A stretch of 64,000 nucleotides of DNA, from the NCBI RefSeq assembly GCF_006345805.1, contig NC_043006.1, positions 14,384,001 to 14,448,000 on the forward strand. The letters are read 5' to 3'. The notes under the pieces were generated by a model. The model had not been told where the DNA came from. It saw nothing but the letters and a program-made list of their open reading frames with translations, and made no database searches. Below are positions 39,628-54,320 of this stretch, one piece after another. Position 1 is the stretch's first letter, and each line of letters starts with the position of its first letter. This DNA is from Octopus sinensis. Taxonomy: Eukaryota. The position numbers and the translations under genes were made by a program.

Positions 39628-40100
39628 ATTGAGTGAGAGAGCAGTGCATGCCATCAAAGTGACACTGGGGTAAAATATACGAAGCCCAATATACCCATCA
39701 TGACTACCCGTCTGATAAGGGTACACTAGGCACATGCATCACAACCATATGTGTGCAACATGGTAATCTCATATCAAGATAAACAGCACATGACCTTGCA
39801 GGTGGGGCCCAGTTAGAAGGTCAAGCAGCCCATCCTGCTCAAAAGGTCTCTAAATAAGGTTGTTTAAGGATGATGAACAAAACACCCATGTTTCCAGAGG
39901 TGAATTATCCAACCCCCAAAGAATTCCTCTCAACATTTGGCTATGATGCTCTCCCACTACTTCTCCTCGGGATGAGAGATACACATATCGCCAGCCACTA
40001 TTGAACATGCTCAACTGGTTACGGTCAAGAAACTAACAAGCAAATCTGTGATACTAAGCAGATATTTGCTGTAGCACATCTTTTATACCAACACAAAAAC
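39628..40100 (-). mobile_element. Unclassified retroposon with (AAT)n tail
   Basis: Homologous partial copies at about 29967-30340 and 30375-30560, each next to an (ATT)n run. Confidence 0.6.
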
Positions 40101-42265
40101 AATCTTTTGAATTAGGATGAGCCATCTAACCCATGCCGGTATGGTAGATGGATATTAACTCTTTAGTGTTCAGATTACTTTGCCAAATGTAATGTCTGTT
40201 TATTTATATTGTTTTGAATTAATCATGCATTGTCTTGTATTTTAGAGATTTTGCTGATGTGATTGTTTAGTCTTAGAATGACATTGTAGGGTTGAGGTTA
40301 AGTGTTTTGACTGGATATGGTCAATTTGAATTAAAAGATGATGATGATGATGACAACATTAAATTACTGCTCTAGGCTTAAGATTTAAGTTGTTTTGCTT
40401 TTTCAGATCTTTTCTCTAGTTTGGGTTTTTCGAGCATTCATTAGCAGAGGGTCTTAAATTTGAATATAGGTGAAATTTTGCCTAAGGGCAAGAGATTCCT
40501 CACCTCTGACTTGTTAATGATAATGTGAGGTGGTGCAAAATATTTGTATTTAATTATCTCAAAAATTGTTAATAATGTTGTAGCTGTGATTAAGAAGAAC
40601 TAACTCCACGATTAAATATTTAGTATAAGGAAAGATTAAAGAACCAGGAAAGATTAATGGCAGTGCCCCAGCATGGCCACAGCTCGTGAGCTGAAACTAG
40701 ATAAAATAAAATAAAATAAAAATAAAATAACCAGGCTAATACAAGAATTTCTTTTAATCCATGTTGAAACTAGATATATCAAATCATCATCATTATCATC
40801 ATCGAGGTCATTGCCAGTACTGCCCGATTGGTCCCCGTGCTGGTGGCACGTAAAAAGCACCCGCTACACTCTTGGAGTGGTTGGTGTTAAGAAAGGCATC
40901 CATCTGTAGAATCTCTGCCAGATCAAGATTGGAGCCTGGTGCAGCCATCTGGTTCACCAACCCTCAGTCAAAATCGTCCAACCCATGCCAGCATGGAAAG
41001 CGGACATTAAACAATGATGATGATGATAATGATCATAGTCCTCGTTGTTGTTGTTGTAAGGGTGGTGGATTTGCAGAGAACATTAAAGCATCAGACGAAA
41101 TGCTTTGCTGTATTAAGTTACATCAGTTCTTCATGCTTTGAGTTCAAATACCACAGAAGACACATTTGCCTTTCATCCTTCAAGGGCTGATAAAGCAATG
41201 TACCAGTCAAGAAGTTGATAAATAAATACAAGCTAAGATGAACCACTTGTTGATAAAACACTAAGGAGACACTATCATTGATACCGAACTTCCTTTGTTG
41301 TTGAATGAACTTGGCTTTGTGCCAGATTATTTTCCAGGTTAAAAACTATTACCTGTGATTCACATTATGATCAGACTTAGAGACTTTTGAATTTTTATTT
41401 TTATTTTTTTCCTTTCCTTGCATGTACTAATAATTTGTTTTAGTGTGAATACATTAACATATTGAAATAACAAACAACCCTTTCCACAACAAAAAAAAAA
41501 AAAAATTTGTTTGCACCTTGTAATATGATTGTAGGTAGACACTCTTGAAAGTAGGTAGACACTATTTTCATTGTATGGTACGAACATTTCTATGTTGATT
41601 TTTCATCTCTTGCATTTTATTGAATCTACCTTTTCTCTCATCAGAAAAAAAAAATTGTAATAATCATTTCTTTTGTTTTTTTCTTTTTATTCTCTCATCT
41701 ACTAATATTCCTAGTCATTAAGCATGCATGTAGGCAGCAGCTGGGGTGGGCAATGGGGAGACTACTACATCAGCACTTGGCTGGTATTAATTTTGGTAGA
41801 GCAGGAGAACCTTGCTCAAAGAGACATCATTCTACCCAGTTCAGGAACTGAACCCACAACATTGCAATCATGTGCCCGAATACATGTGTATACTAAAGGG
41901 ACTTTTAAATAATCCTATATATATGGAATTTGTGGAGGTGCGTGGCTTAGTGGTTAGGGTGTCAGCAACATGATCGTAAGATTGTGGTTTCGATTCCTGG
42001 ACCGGGCAACGCGTTGTGTTCTTGAGTAAAACATTTCATTTCACCTTGCTCCAGTCCACACAGCTGGAAAAAATGAATAACACTGCGATGGACTGGCATC
42101 CCTTCCAGCTGGGGAACACATATGCCATGGAAACCAAGAAACCGGGCCCATGAGCCTGGCTAGGCTTTAAAAACGGCGCATTTATTTATTTCTATATTAA
42201 ATTTATTGTCACTTTATTAAAAGTTGAAATGCCAAATACATTCATTTAGATAAAATATTGGCATA

Positions 42266-43162
42266 TAAGAGGTGAATTCAAAAAGCATCCACCTTAGATT
42301 TTCCCTCTAAAGCTAATGCTGTATGGGCAAAATCGTTTGGATGGGAGGTAACACCACCCTTCCTGCACATGCATGAACATTTTCATGCTAGGAGGCTACA
42401 TCAGTTCCCAGCTGTTAAGTCTAGAGTACAAACATTTAGTGCACAATTGTTGGATTTTCATTTTCACTGAATGCATCGAGCTGAGATCTTGCATTAAGTT
42501 TTTCCAAAAGCCTGGTAGGCTCAAGCTCAAACCATCCAGAAGATTGATTCAGCAGGTCTTTGGCAATGATGCCATGGACTAAACTCAGGTAAAGGAGTGA
42601 GGCACACAGTAGGGAGTGAGGCACACTCAGGCAGGCCATACACAAGCTGGAACAATGAGCCAATTGAGAAGGTGTGGCAAATAGTCAGGGAAGACCATTG
42701 AGTAACAATCCAAGAAATTGCTCATGAAATGGGAATAAGCACAGGATTAGTGCATTCCATTTCAAGGGAGGATTTGTACATGCAGAGAGGGTCAGTGAAA
42801 TTTGTCCCCAAGTGCTGGCAGAGCAGAAATAACTCCACGTGGAAATTGCTTAGGACATGCTAGGCTGTGCAAACCACAACCCACACTTCATGAAGACCAT
42901 CATCACTAGTGATGAGATATAGGTTTATGGTCTCTATTTGATGTGTTTAGTCATTTTACATGAAAAGGAAAACCCGACAAGTGCACACTACACATCTGTA
43001 TTCTAAGCGTAAGAGCCAGGAATTGACAAAGCCTACCAGCATGAAAATTTTCACACATGCACAGGAAGGCTGGCATCGCCTCCCACCCAAAGGATTTTGC
43101 ACAAATGGCATTAGTTTTGGCAGGAAAAAATAAAGTCAGACACTTTTCGAATGCATGTCATA
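42266..43162 (+). mobile_element. Internally deleted mariner element
   Basis: Degenerate TIRs of about 130 bp; relic transposase ELRSCIKFF, VTIQEIAHEMGISTGLVHSI, KFVPK, IITSDEI*VYG. Confidence 0.85.
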
Positions 43163-43184
43163 TACAGAGCATATAGAATAGAAA

Positions 43185-43577
43185 TCTATATATATAAAGC
43201 TGAAGTTGTTTGTGTGTGGCAGGTTTGGCAGCCTTCAACTAACACTATCTCCTCCAAGACCCTGTGGCGCAAGTTGACCAAAATTGAGAGTATGATAGAA
43301 GAAGACTTGCTCTTCCTTCCGTAGAAGAAAAAATTCAAATCGGACCATGTTAACACCAAAAATTATATACATCAAAAAGGTGCTTTTTTTTTTCTATGAA
43401 AATCCCTATTTTTTTACGATTTTTTGATTGCTGTGTCACCATTTTTCGGTGTATTTCAACCAGAAAAATGTTCACTTAAAGAGAATAACAAGCAACATAA
43501 TGCAAAATTTTTACTTTTCAAAAATTCCAATTCTAAAGGGTCGAAACAAACCCGAGCAACACTGGGCATACTGCTAG
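43185..43577 (+). mobile_element. Non-autonomous Helitron (family B)
   Basis: A|TCTATATATATAAAG ... CCCGAGCAACACTGGG ... CTAG|T. Confidence 0.8.
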
Positions 43578-44152
43578 TTATAAAATATAAGTAATTAATG
43601 AAGCTGAGTACCAAATCTTCATTGTTAATAATTCTGCATCATTAGCAGTGCACAACATTTTCCAAATGAAACCCACTTGTCTTAATATCAGCTATCATGA
43701 TAAAAAATGTTCTGACTGAATCGTTTATATTTTTAAATAGCAGTTTTATCAGCAAGGTTTCTTTTTTTGCTAAGCAACATTATTATCTCAACAGCTGGTG
43801 CTGAACTCATTTAATAATACTAAATTGTTAATTAGAGTTTCTGTTCTGATATTGCGTATCTTTTCTTTGTTAGACACCCAATGTTATCAACCACCAATTG
43901 GAGGAGTCGTTCCATGAACCATCAAGTATGATCTCTAATTGTACTTAGCCGCTGCTATTTGTCCCCCATCTCTACTATTTTCCCTTGTTGAGTTTGGCTA
44001 ATTATGGACCCATATCTTTTATTCATTTGTCTATCTTCATTGAATAATTGACTGGGTTTGCCCTGTCACACATATGGTTTATTTGCCATACGTTTTATTC
44101 ATATCATTTTCTCAGTTTTTAGGGTGTTCTATAATAGTTTCTTGACCTTATA

Positions 44153-44308
<156 letters not shown>

Positions 44309-44785
44309 CAGTTTTCCTATCTACATAATTATTACCAGTGTTAGCTAAATTGTTGACATTATTGTTATTGCATGTAATCATCTACTTACAAACCCATAAA
44401 ATGTTTTTTGTCTACAGGGGTATCACAACTTCCATAAAAAATAATAATTACCATGCTTCATGACTTATAAAGCAGACTTTTAGTTACTAACAACAGGTTT
44501 TATAAACTAACCTCCACATCATATAAACATACACACACACACATCTTTTGCTATATTTGTGGGATGGTCATTGTTTTTTGTCAATAAACACATGCCCTAT
44601 TTATTTGCTCTTCACTTTAGCTTTATTTTTATTATTATTAGTTTAGTCACACTTTCTGTGACCTCATCAATGACTTTCTGTTTTCCATATAACAATAATG
44701 ACCAAAAAAAATGACCATCCCCAAATACAATAATATGTTTCAACACACAATTTCACATCAGGAATGTTGCAAAACAAACACATAA

Positions 44786-44823
<38 letters not shown>

Positions 44824-44899
44824 CATCATCATCATTTAACATTTAATTTTAATTGGACAATTTTTCCTCAGGTGTATATTATCTCCACATGCAAAACAT

Positions 44900-46003
44900 G
44901 AGTTTAGTTCCTGGTTTTTTTCGTGTTCTTTAGAAAACCTTTTATTTCTATTCTAATTATTTTGCACTTGCTTTACTTGGAAATAACTTTTACATTCAAT
45001 CTCCTCCGTATCGTGTCTTGATTTAACTATCCTTTCACATTCTTCTGACACTTGCTGTCGGGTTACATCCTGGTTTTGCTCCCGCTGAGCGTGAATTCTT
45101 TTTCTGTAGTAAGTCTCTGTGTAAAATCAGGCATTTGAACATATCTGGCATTAACTCATCCAGCTTAAACTTCTCGCATTCCCTATTTATTCTACCAACA
45201 TATGTGGTGTAATCCTCATCATTATTTTTCTCTGTATTCAGACACTTCCAAGGTGTGTTGAATAATGAGCTTTTTCATTGAAAATTTTACACAATATACT
45301 TATTGTCATTAAAGTTTATGCCTGACGGCTTTCTTGGACGTACATAATTACTGTATCGTTCATGTTCTGCAGCCAGTTTGCTCTAGATTAAGTGCATTTT
45401 TATCTCATCATCCCAATCTTTATATTATTTCTCAAGGGTTTGCTCATATCTTCTGTAGTATGCTTAAAAGGTAACTCCTTTGTCAGGCTCACATTTGAAC
45501 TCTGTTATGGAGTTAGCAACATAGTCTGGCAAGAACACTTTTTCTGACTTTCCTGATGTCTTCAGTAATTGTAGCATCTGTTGTTGCTCTTACAGTTGTA
45601 TCTGCTGCTGTTGTTCTTTCAGTTGTTATTGCTTCAGCTGTTGTTGTTTTTTCAGCTGTTGTTGTTGCTGTTTTTGCAACTCAAGAAAACTGGCTAACAA
45701 ATTTTCCATAATTTCACAATTTTTTGTTTTTTTTTATTGTAGAATTCACACAACAAAACTTTGTGAGTTTATTAATTCCTCTTTGAATTTCTATTAACTT
45801 CACATGAATTGGTTTATCCTCATCACCATTATTATCATCCTTAAATTGTTGCATCATTATAACGCCCACTTCAGTATACAGTATACTTAGTAAAACCATT
45901 AAAGACACAACTGGTACTTCACGTACTTCTTTACTTATAGTGACTAGGTTATTTCATTTGTCACATTTGTCACATGTACCATTATTACTAATTCTCTGCA
46001 ACA
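44900..46003 (-). mobile_element. Second Gypsy relic (LTR, PBS, gag)
   Basis: LTR-like segment 45847-46003 bounded by TGTTGCA/TGCAACA; PBS-like TGGTGATGAGGA at 45828-45817; Q-rich gag start and FKCEPDKGVTF, homologous to the relic at 35290. Confidence 0.7.
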
Positions 46004-46028
46004 TAATTTTATATGATGATGATGATGA

Positions 46029-46073
<45 letters not shown>

Positions 46074-46440
46074 CTTCTGTTAAGAAAACATACACACACT
46101 CACACCTCAGAAGTAAAACATTTTTCTTTTCTTTTTTTTTTTGAAAGATATCTAGAAACAGTAATTTCATTTGATGCATTTAAATACTTGGCACCTGTGC
46201 TGGTGGCATTTGTAAAAAGATTCGAGCGAGGTCATTGCCAGTACCACCTGACTGGCCCCTGTGCCAGTGGCATGTAAAAAGCACCCACTACACTCTCGGA
46301 GTGGTTAGTGTCAGGAAGGGCATTCAGCAGTAGAAACTCTGCCAGATCAAGACTGGAGCCTGGTGCAGCCATCTGGTTCGCCAGCCCTCAGTCAAAATCA
46401 TCCAACCCATGCTAGCATGGAAAGCAGACGTTGATGATGA

Positions 46441-46663
<223 letters not shown>

Positions 46664-47727
46664 TAAAGAATAAGAAGAAAATGGTGAGGTAATTAACAAA
46701 ACTTATTTATTAATTATAAAATATGACATCTCTACTATCATCATCATCAACGTTTAACGTCCGTTCTCCATGCTAGCATGGGTTGGACGGTTCGACCGGG
46801 GATCTGGGAAGCCAGAAGGCTGCACCAGGCTCCAGTCTTATCTGGCAATGTTTCTACAGCTGGATGCCCTTCCTAATGCCAACCACTCCGTGAGTGTAGT
46901 GGGTGCTTTTTACGTGCCACCTGCACAGGTGCCAGGCGAGGTTGGCAACGGCCACGGTCGGATTGGTGCATTTTACGTGCCACCGGCATGGAAGCCAGTC
47001 GAGGCGGCGCTGGCATCGGCCACGATTCGGATTATATATTTATATATATCTATGCATGTTTATATAAATGTGTGTGTGTGAGTAAAATCATTTCCCTACT
47101 TTTTAAATGTGTATCCCTAGATTATCAACTGAGATGTCTACTTTACATTTAAATGTAAAGTAGACATCTCAGTTGAAAATCGAGGGATACTGCATTTTTT
47201 GCAGTTGCAGTTTTAGCAAAACTGCCAGCAAGAAAGTCTCTGAATGTAAACAGACAAGTCACCAACTGCAGGTGGGTGAGTCTATTTTAGAACCCAAGCG
47301 TGGGGTCCTGTAGTTATTGGGTGCAGCTGCTCGTGTCTGTTTTAGGTGCTCAGAGTGGGGTTGATACAGTAGTCAACAGGCACAAGCTGCAATTCTATCT
47401 CCTGATGCTCAGAGGACAGATTCTGTAGTCATCAGTGAAGGTGTGTGACTCTATTTTAGGAAGGGATTCTGTAATCACTAGTCACAAGTGGCACTTCTAT
47501 TTCAGATGCTGTAATCTGTTGAAATGAGTTCTTGTATACTACTCTTTTTACTCTTTTACTTGTTTCAGTCATTTTGACTGGAGCACCACCTTTAGTTGAG
47601 CAAATCAACCCCAGGACTTATTCTTTGTAAGCCTAGTACTTATTCTATCGGTCTCTTTTGCCGAACCGCTAAGTTACAGGGACGTAAACACACCAGCATC
47701 GGTTGTCAAGCAATGCTAGGGGGACAA

Positions 47728-47790
<63 letters not shown>

Positions 47791-49366
47791 CATACATATA
47801 TACAATGAGCTTCTTTTGAGTTTCCGTCTACCAAATCCACTCACAAGGCTATAGTAGAAGACACTTGTCCAAGGTGCCACGAAGTGGGACTGAACCCAGA
47901 ACTATGTGGTTGGTAAGCAAGCTACTTACCACACAGCCACTCCTGTGCCTATATCTGTTGACATTTTGCATGCATTTCCTTATTTTGTGAGCAGAGGAAG
48001 AGGAGATCCCAAAATTAGCTGCATGGTTAAAAAGTTCACTTTCCATCCATGAGTGTATGCTTGACTGTTAAGTCTAGCAAGATGAAACAATATTATAATG
48101 TATGAATAAAGAAAGTAGAAGGTTGTCATTTTGTTTATTGGCATTTGGCACTGTTGAATGACAAAATACTGTTTCAAGATCCTTTGGGAAAACTGCACAG
48201 ACTAGCAAAAGGTTTTGAGGTTTCATGAGCAAGATATATGTTAGAAAAAAAAGAAAACTAACAGAAGAGTACAGAGTGATGTAAGAGAGATACAAGTATC
48301 TACCGGGAGAGGACAGAGATGCAAATTATGCAAATGATATTTAAGGAAGTTTTCAATCTTGTTGCTTAGTTTTTCATGAATGCTAATGTAAGATAACTTT
48401 ATCAGAAGTCTATCTTATCAGAAATGATCAGAGTTTGCTGATGTTAACACTATGGTACAAAGGTAATTGATAGAATACCTTGGAGCAGTTAATATTCGCA
48501 GCATCTCAGATAAATAATATTCAGTCACTCCACTTCCATGGAATTCCAAACCCTGACTTTCACTTCAATAGTAATCATAACTATTAAATGTTTTAGTTTG
48601 CATCCTGCAGGTGTAGCAGATCTGTTCTAAGGTTTATAGGAGTTTTTCTTGAGTGATTTCACAACAGAAACCATAATCCTGTCAGGTCAAATATTCTAAT
48701 CACTACGATTTTTATGAAGCTAAAAGGAACCACCTAAACTACAGAAGGTAACACAATGATCAGCTTTACTCCAAATTGTCATAGGACACCTGCAAACACA
48801 GGTAGGTGTCACTAAGGTGGCGAGTTGTCAGAAACATTAGCACACCGGGTGAAATGCATAGCCGTATTTCATCTGCCGTTACATTCTAGGTTCAAATTCC
48901 GCCAAGGTCGACTTTGCCTTTCATCCTTTCGGGGTCGATAAATTAAGTACCAGTTATGCACTGGGGTCGATGTAATCGACTTAATCCTTTTGTCTGTCCT
49001 TGTTTGTCCCCTCTGTGTTTAGCCCCTTGTGGGCAATAAAGAAATAGGTTGGTAGCACTAACAGCCATCAGATTCTAGTACAGATGCAAACTAAATTCAA
49101 ATAAAACATGAATGACAAGAACAAAGAGTTCACAGCTCCCAGATAGAGTTTATTATGCCCTCATGCATAATCTTGAACATTTCTATGTCCGAGCATACTA
49201 GTGCTAGATGGTTGTTGACTGTAGACTAAGTCCATCTGTCCTTTTTAACAAGTCTTGTTTTTTTTTTGTTTTTTTTTCCCTGTTGGGCTTCTAGCCACCT
49301 TCCTCATCAACCTGGTGAGACTTCTATGGTAGCAGTCACTAAAATTTTAAAATGCAAATGACTTAC

Positions 49367-49442
49367 CAAAGCCTTTCATGGCTTTTCGGAGTCCTTCGGC
49401 AGCAGTTTCAGCATTGAAATCGGGGGCTGGAACAACAGTAGC
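49367..49442 (-). CDS. Annexin exon A: ATVVPAPDFNAETAAEGLRKAMKGF(G)
   Basis: Long polypyrimidine tract plus CAG acceptor, GTAAGT donor; 76 nt, phase 0 to 1; start of repeat 1. Confidence 0.93.
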
Positions 49443-49709
49443 CTGTCATGGGGAGAAAAAGAAGAAAAAAGAAAATGAAAGGTTTTAATCTTTTAATAAG
49501 TTGATTTAATTTCCAGTGAGATTTAACTGGATTAAGCAGGTTACAAAAACAATGACTCACGGTAAATGTGAATAATTAAGAAACTAGAAAATATTCTTTC
49601 CTAAATTAGTGAAATTAATTAGAGTGGACAGTAGTTCAATCAACTTGACATGCTGCACTCAAAGTATAGTGTAAATATTGTGAATGCCATGACAAGTGCA
49701 ATGGGTTAA

Positions 49710-50109
49710 TCTTTATATATAAAAGAGAGGTTGTGTGAGTGTCTGTCTCTTACGATTTAGATTCCTAACTACTCCCACATTTTGTGGTGCAGTTTAACCA
49801 AAACCGGGTATCTTATAGTTGTGATTCATATCGAGCCCTTCTGAGTATTAGCGCGCGTCTACGATGAGTCTACGATTTAAAAAACAATTTACCATCAATT
49901 TTCCCCATTTTTAATGCATTTTTGGCATATATAAGGGAAGTAACTCTCTAAAAATTTATTATTAAATCTCAGAACGTAAAAAGCTACAGTAACACCCCCC
50001 CCCCTTTGTGGTTAGCCATATTGAGATGGCTATTATACTTTACATCTCTAAAAATGCTTATATAGTTATTTCCCTTACAAACCCGAGCAATGCCGGGCGA
50101 TACTGCTAG
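49710..50109 (+). mobile_element. Non-autonomous Helitron (family A)
   Basis: A|TC ... CCCGAGCAATGCCGGG ... CTAG|T. Confidence 0.8.
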
Positions 50110-50634
50110 TCAGGGATAAAAAATGGTATAACCCTTTCGTTACCAACCCAGCTGAAACTGGCTCCGGCTCTTTAGTATAAATGTCTTACTTTCATAAGTT
50201 TTGAATTCAAATCTTCCACCAAATCTTAGTTAAAATTTATGTTCCTAACACTAGCTTAATGATAACGAAGTTAATTTACTAAATTATTTGTTATAGTTAA
50301 AATAATTGAAAGAAACTCAGAGCATCTCAAAATAAATACAGTAACAAAAGGGTTAAATCTGGAGGATGGTAATATAGAGAAAAACAGAAAAAATAGTGGA
50401 GGAAACATCAAATCCTATTCTTCTTTTATTCTTTTACTTGTTTCAGTCATTTTGACTGCAGCCATGCTGGAGCACCGCCTTTTAGTCGAGCAACTCGACC
50501 CCGGGACTCATTCTTTTTGTAAGCCCAGTACTTATTCTATCGGTCTCTTTTTGCCGAACCGCTAAGTGACGGGGACGTAAACACACCAGCATCGGTTGTC
50601 AAGCAATGCTAGGGGAACAAACACAGACACACAA

Positions 50635-50669
<35 letters not shown>

Positions 50670-51095
50670 CATATATACGACCATGGTAGACTTAAGCAAA
50701 GTGATGCCGACGTGTTTAGAAATAATTTTTAATATTTAAACTAATGATCTTTCAAGTACAGTCTAATCTAGTTCACTCTTGTCCATTAAGGATTTATAAC
50801 GGTTTCAAATTTTGACACAAGGCCAGCAGTTTTTTTAGGGAAGGAGTAAATCTATTACATCAACCCTAGTATTCAAGTGGTACTTATTTTATCAACCCTG
50901 AAAGTATGAAAGGGAAATTGACCGTGGCAGAATTTGAACTCAGAACATAAAGACCAACAAAATGCCACTATGCATTTTGCCCAGAGTGCTTACAATTCTG
51001 CCAGCTCACCACCTATTAAGGATTAATAATAATACACTTCATGTATAAAAGAAATGAAGTTACATCCTTCTATACATTTCATGTATATAAATATA

Positions 51096-51463
51096 CTAGC
51101 ACTATGACCCAGCAACGCCGGGTCATAGTGCTAGTGCATGCATATACAGCTGCGTGCATGCGCACATACACACGAGTACTGTCCAAATCTCTGACCAATC
51201 ACATACAGCTAGCTGGCATTCAATTGGCGTATCAAGTTTCGGGTATTTTGATTGGGTTTTGGACAGAAAATTCACAAAAAAGTCACTTCTATTGATTTTT
51301 TAATGGCTTTGCAGAGTGACTGGGGAAATGTAAAGATGTGCACGGCCACCCTTGGACGGTTTTGAATGACCATAGAAAGTGCGAGACCTCTAACTGAAAA
51401 ATTGTGGATTTGTATAAAGGACACACACACAGACAGACATTTTGCCGTTTATATATATAGAGA
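51096..51463 (-). mobile_element. Non-autonomous Helitron (family C)
   Basis: Reverse complement of 13049-13418. Confidence 0.8.
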
Positions 51464-51713
51464 TGAATATAACAAGCTCAAAAAAAAACTGAAATAAAAC
51501 AACTCTAAAATATATATCATCATTGTTTTATGTATGCTTTTTTATGCTGGCATGAGTTGGACAAGTTTTCAGAGGCCATATTTTACATCCACAAACCCAT
51601 CCTGTCATCATCCTTTTAGTCATCTTTTACAACATGCTGAGATATAGTACATCTATTCTAAAACTGAGATACATACAGTATTATAATCTAGTTTAAAAAA
51701 CAAAAACTCATAC

Positions 51714-51722
51714 CAATGATGT
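51714..51722 (-). CDS. Candidate 9-nt annexin microexon (ACA TCA TTG = TSL)
   Basis: CTTTTATCTTCCTTCCTTACATTAACAG|ACATCATTG|GTATGA; phase 0-0, compatible with exon A. Confidence 0.4.
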
Positions 51723-53903
51723 CTGTTAATGTAAGGAAGGAAGATAAAAGGATTCAAGAAAATTACATATAAACTGCCATATTATATTCTTTCATCACTC
51801 CAATTTTTTTTTGTCTCTCACAGTCAGTTCTTAAAGGTCAGATTCTTCTTATTTGTGGCATATGAACTTTTACAAACTCACAAAATTTCACTATACAACC
51901 TTTGACAATGTGAAAACCATGACCAGTTATCTCAAACTCCAGTTTTTTTCACGTGCCATTGATATAGCTCTTCTTGTGTCTAATATTGAGCCCAAATTTT
52001 GGTACAAGGCCAGTAATTACAGGAGATGGGATAAGTTGATTACATCAACCCCAATGCTTAACTGGTACTTGAAATCTGAACTCGGAATTTGAACTCAGAA
52101 CATAAACACAGATGAAATGCCACTAAGCATTTTGCCTGGTGTGCTAACAGTTCTGCCAACCCACTGCTTTTCTTGTGTATGATATTGAATTAGATCTTGG
52201 AGAGTTTAGAATGTCCAATAAGTTTGATTACTGTGAGGAGTGAAGAGTCTAACATTTTAGGGTCATGTCTTTTCACAAAGAATGGAGAAAGATGAAGTCT
52301 TGCAGACAACCTTTTGAGATTTTAAAGATGATATTAAATAATTAAGACACCTGCATTAATTAAATAAATATAATTTTCTAATTAAACAAGACAATCTTCT
52401 TAATCAGAGGACTAAATTTTCTGTGGCAATTTTAACCCTGTAACTATAAAATTAAATTTTGTGGTTATTCCAGTAATGGTATTTGTTTCTCTCCTTGTTT
52501 TTTTCTGTGTCCCTTTCTGTAGAAGAGCGTAGGCTCGAAATGTAAAAGACTTTTTCTATTCCTGAGCGTTATACTAATACATCTGTTTGTTTTGTACACC
52601 ACCTGTCTTCATCCTTTGTTTTTTTCGTAAACTCTCCCTATTAAATATCTACCAACAAATGGAATTAACATTTCCTGTGAGTCTTGTTGCCTCAATAAAC
52701 TTGACATATTTCAACAAAAAATAGTTTCAAATATGATATACCTCAACCAAAGGTAGACTGGTATGCCCTTAACTGCTTTCTATAGTCAAGGGAAATGAAA
52801 TTTCGAGTGGATATACCTAATTCCTGCAGTAAAACGGTTAAGTACTCAAAATGGTGAAGATCTGAAATACTGCAAATGATGACGGTATATGAAATGGTTG
52901 GAAAATTATAGATGCAAATCTGTATGTAATAAACATGAAGATAACCAAAATATTACTGATGTAAAATTACTGAAACTGGTATCACACAAAACATCCAAAC
53001 ATTATTGTACAGCTCACCACCCCACCTTTAACCCTCCTGGTATCAACCTGCCTGATAGCATCTCTGATTCTATCACACAAAAATGCCAACTTTTGGTATT
53101 CCACAAACGGTATCTTTAAAATAACAAAGTCACTGTTCTGAAAACAATGTGAGTTGCATTAACGAGTCATTCTTATGATGAATCACCCAATCTGATTCAA
53201 CTAAATTTCTGAGTATAAAATTCTTGATTATTTTCAGCTTAATTAAAAATTGAGTTGTGTCTAGGGAGAGTCATTTTCTTTTTTGCCTTATTAACACACT
53301 CACTGGTAAAATTTCCACTTATTTCTTATTTTTATTGTCCTAAAATTTTACTGGTGAGTGTGTTAAATAATAAGGCGCAAAAAGAAAATGACTCTCCCCA
53401 GACACACCAGAATATGCTTCAACACACGAACTCATATAAAGAATCTTGCAAACCAAATCCCAAAACAAAATAAAAATAGGGTATTTCAGTAAAAATATAT
53501 CCTGCATGGGGGCCAACATGGCAAAGAATAGACCCTACATTTCCTCTGTGTCATAAATGGTGATTAAAAGAGATTTCGGTAGGATTTGCATTTCAGCCTT
53601 GCAAAACTCCCACCAACAGTGACTACCCAAACAGACTCATGGGTTGGAGGGTTGCCACCTGAGTGGTGCAAAGGTGTCATCCACCAGGAATAAGGCATCA
53701 CCAACAAATGGTGGATGCTGTGATGTGCTGCTACAGTGTATGCTCCACGCCATACCTGACCTGAATGTAAATATGACCATGAAAGGTTAAGGACACTAAA
53801 AAAAAGAAAAAGTTAGTCTTCTGGTTACTTTGGCAGAAAACTAAAGGCACACCATAGATACTAAAATAGGGTGTACTGAACATTATAAGGTAAACACCTG
53901 CAA

Positions 53904-54320
53904 AGGTGGCGAGCTGGTAGAAACGTTAGCACGCCGGACGAAATGCTTAGCGGTATTTCGTCTGCCGCTACGTTCCGAGTTCAAATTCCGCCGAGGTCGA
54001 CTTTGCCTTTCATCCTTTCGGGGTCGATAAATTAAGTACCAGTTACGAACTGGGGGTCGATGTAATCGACTTAATACCTATGTCTGTCCTTGTTTGTTGC
54101 CTCTGTGTTTAGCCCCTTGTGGGTAATAAAGAAATAGGTATTTCGTCTGCCGTTACATTCCAAGTTCAAATTCCGCCGAGGTCGACTTTGCCTTTCATCC
54201 TTTCGGGGTCGATAAATAAAGTACCAGTTACGCACTGGGGTCGATCTAATCGACTTAATCCCTTTGTGTGTCCTTGTTTGTCCCCTCTGTGTTTAGCCCC
54301 TTGTGGGTAATAAAGAAATA
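53904..54320 (+). mobile_element. Family 2 SINE, dimeric form
   Basis: Body of about 180 bp repeated in tandem; same structure at 38622-39040 and 57429-57845. Confidence 0.8.

Noticed and set aside
49446-49452. ATG just upstream of exon A as the annexin start
   Set aside because: It is out of frame with the annexin and lies within the acceptor region.
49561-49583. 23-nt AG/GTGAGT-bounded microexon
   Set aside because: The frame needed to join exon A contains TAA.
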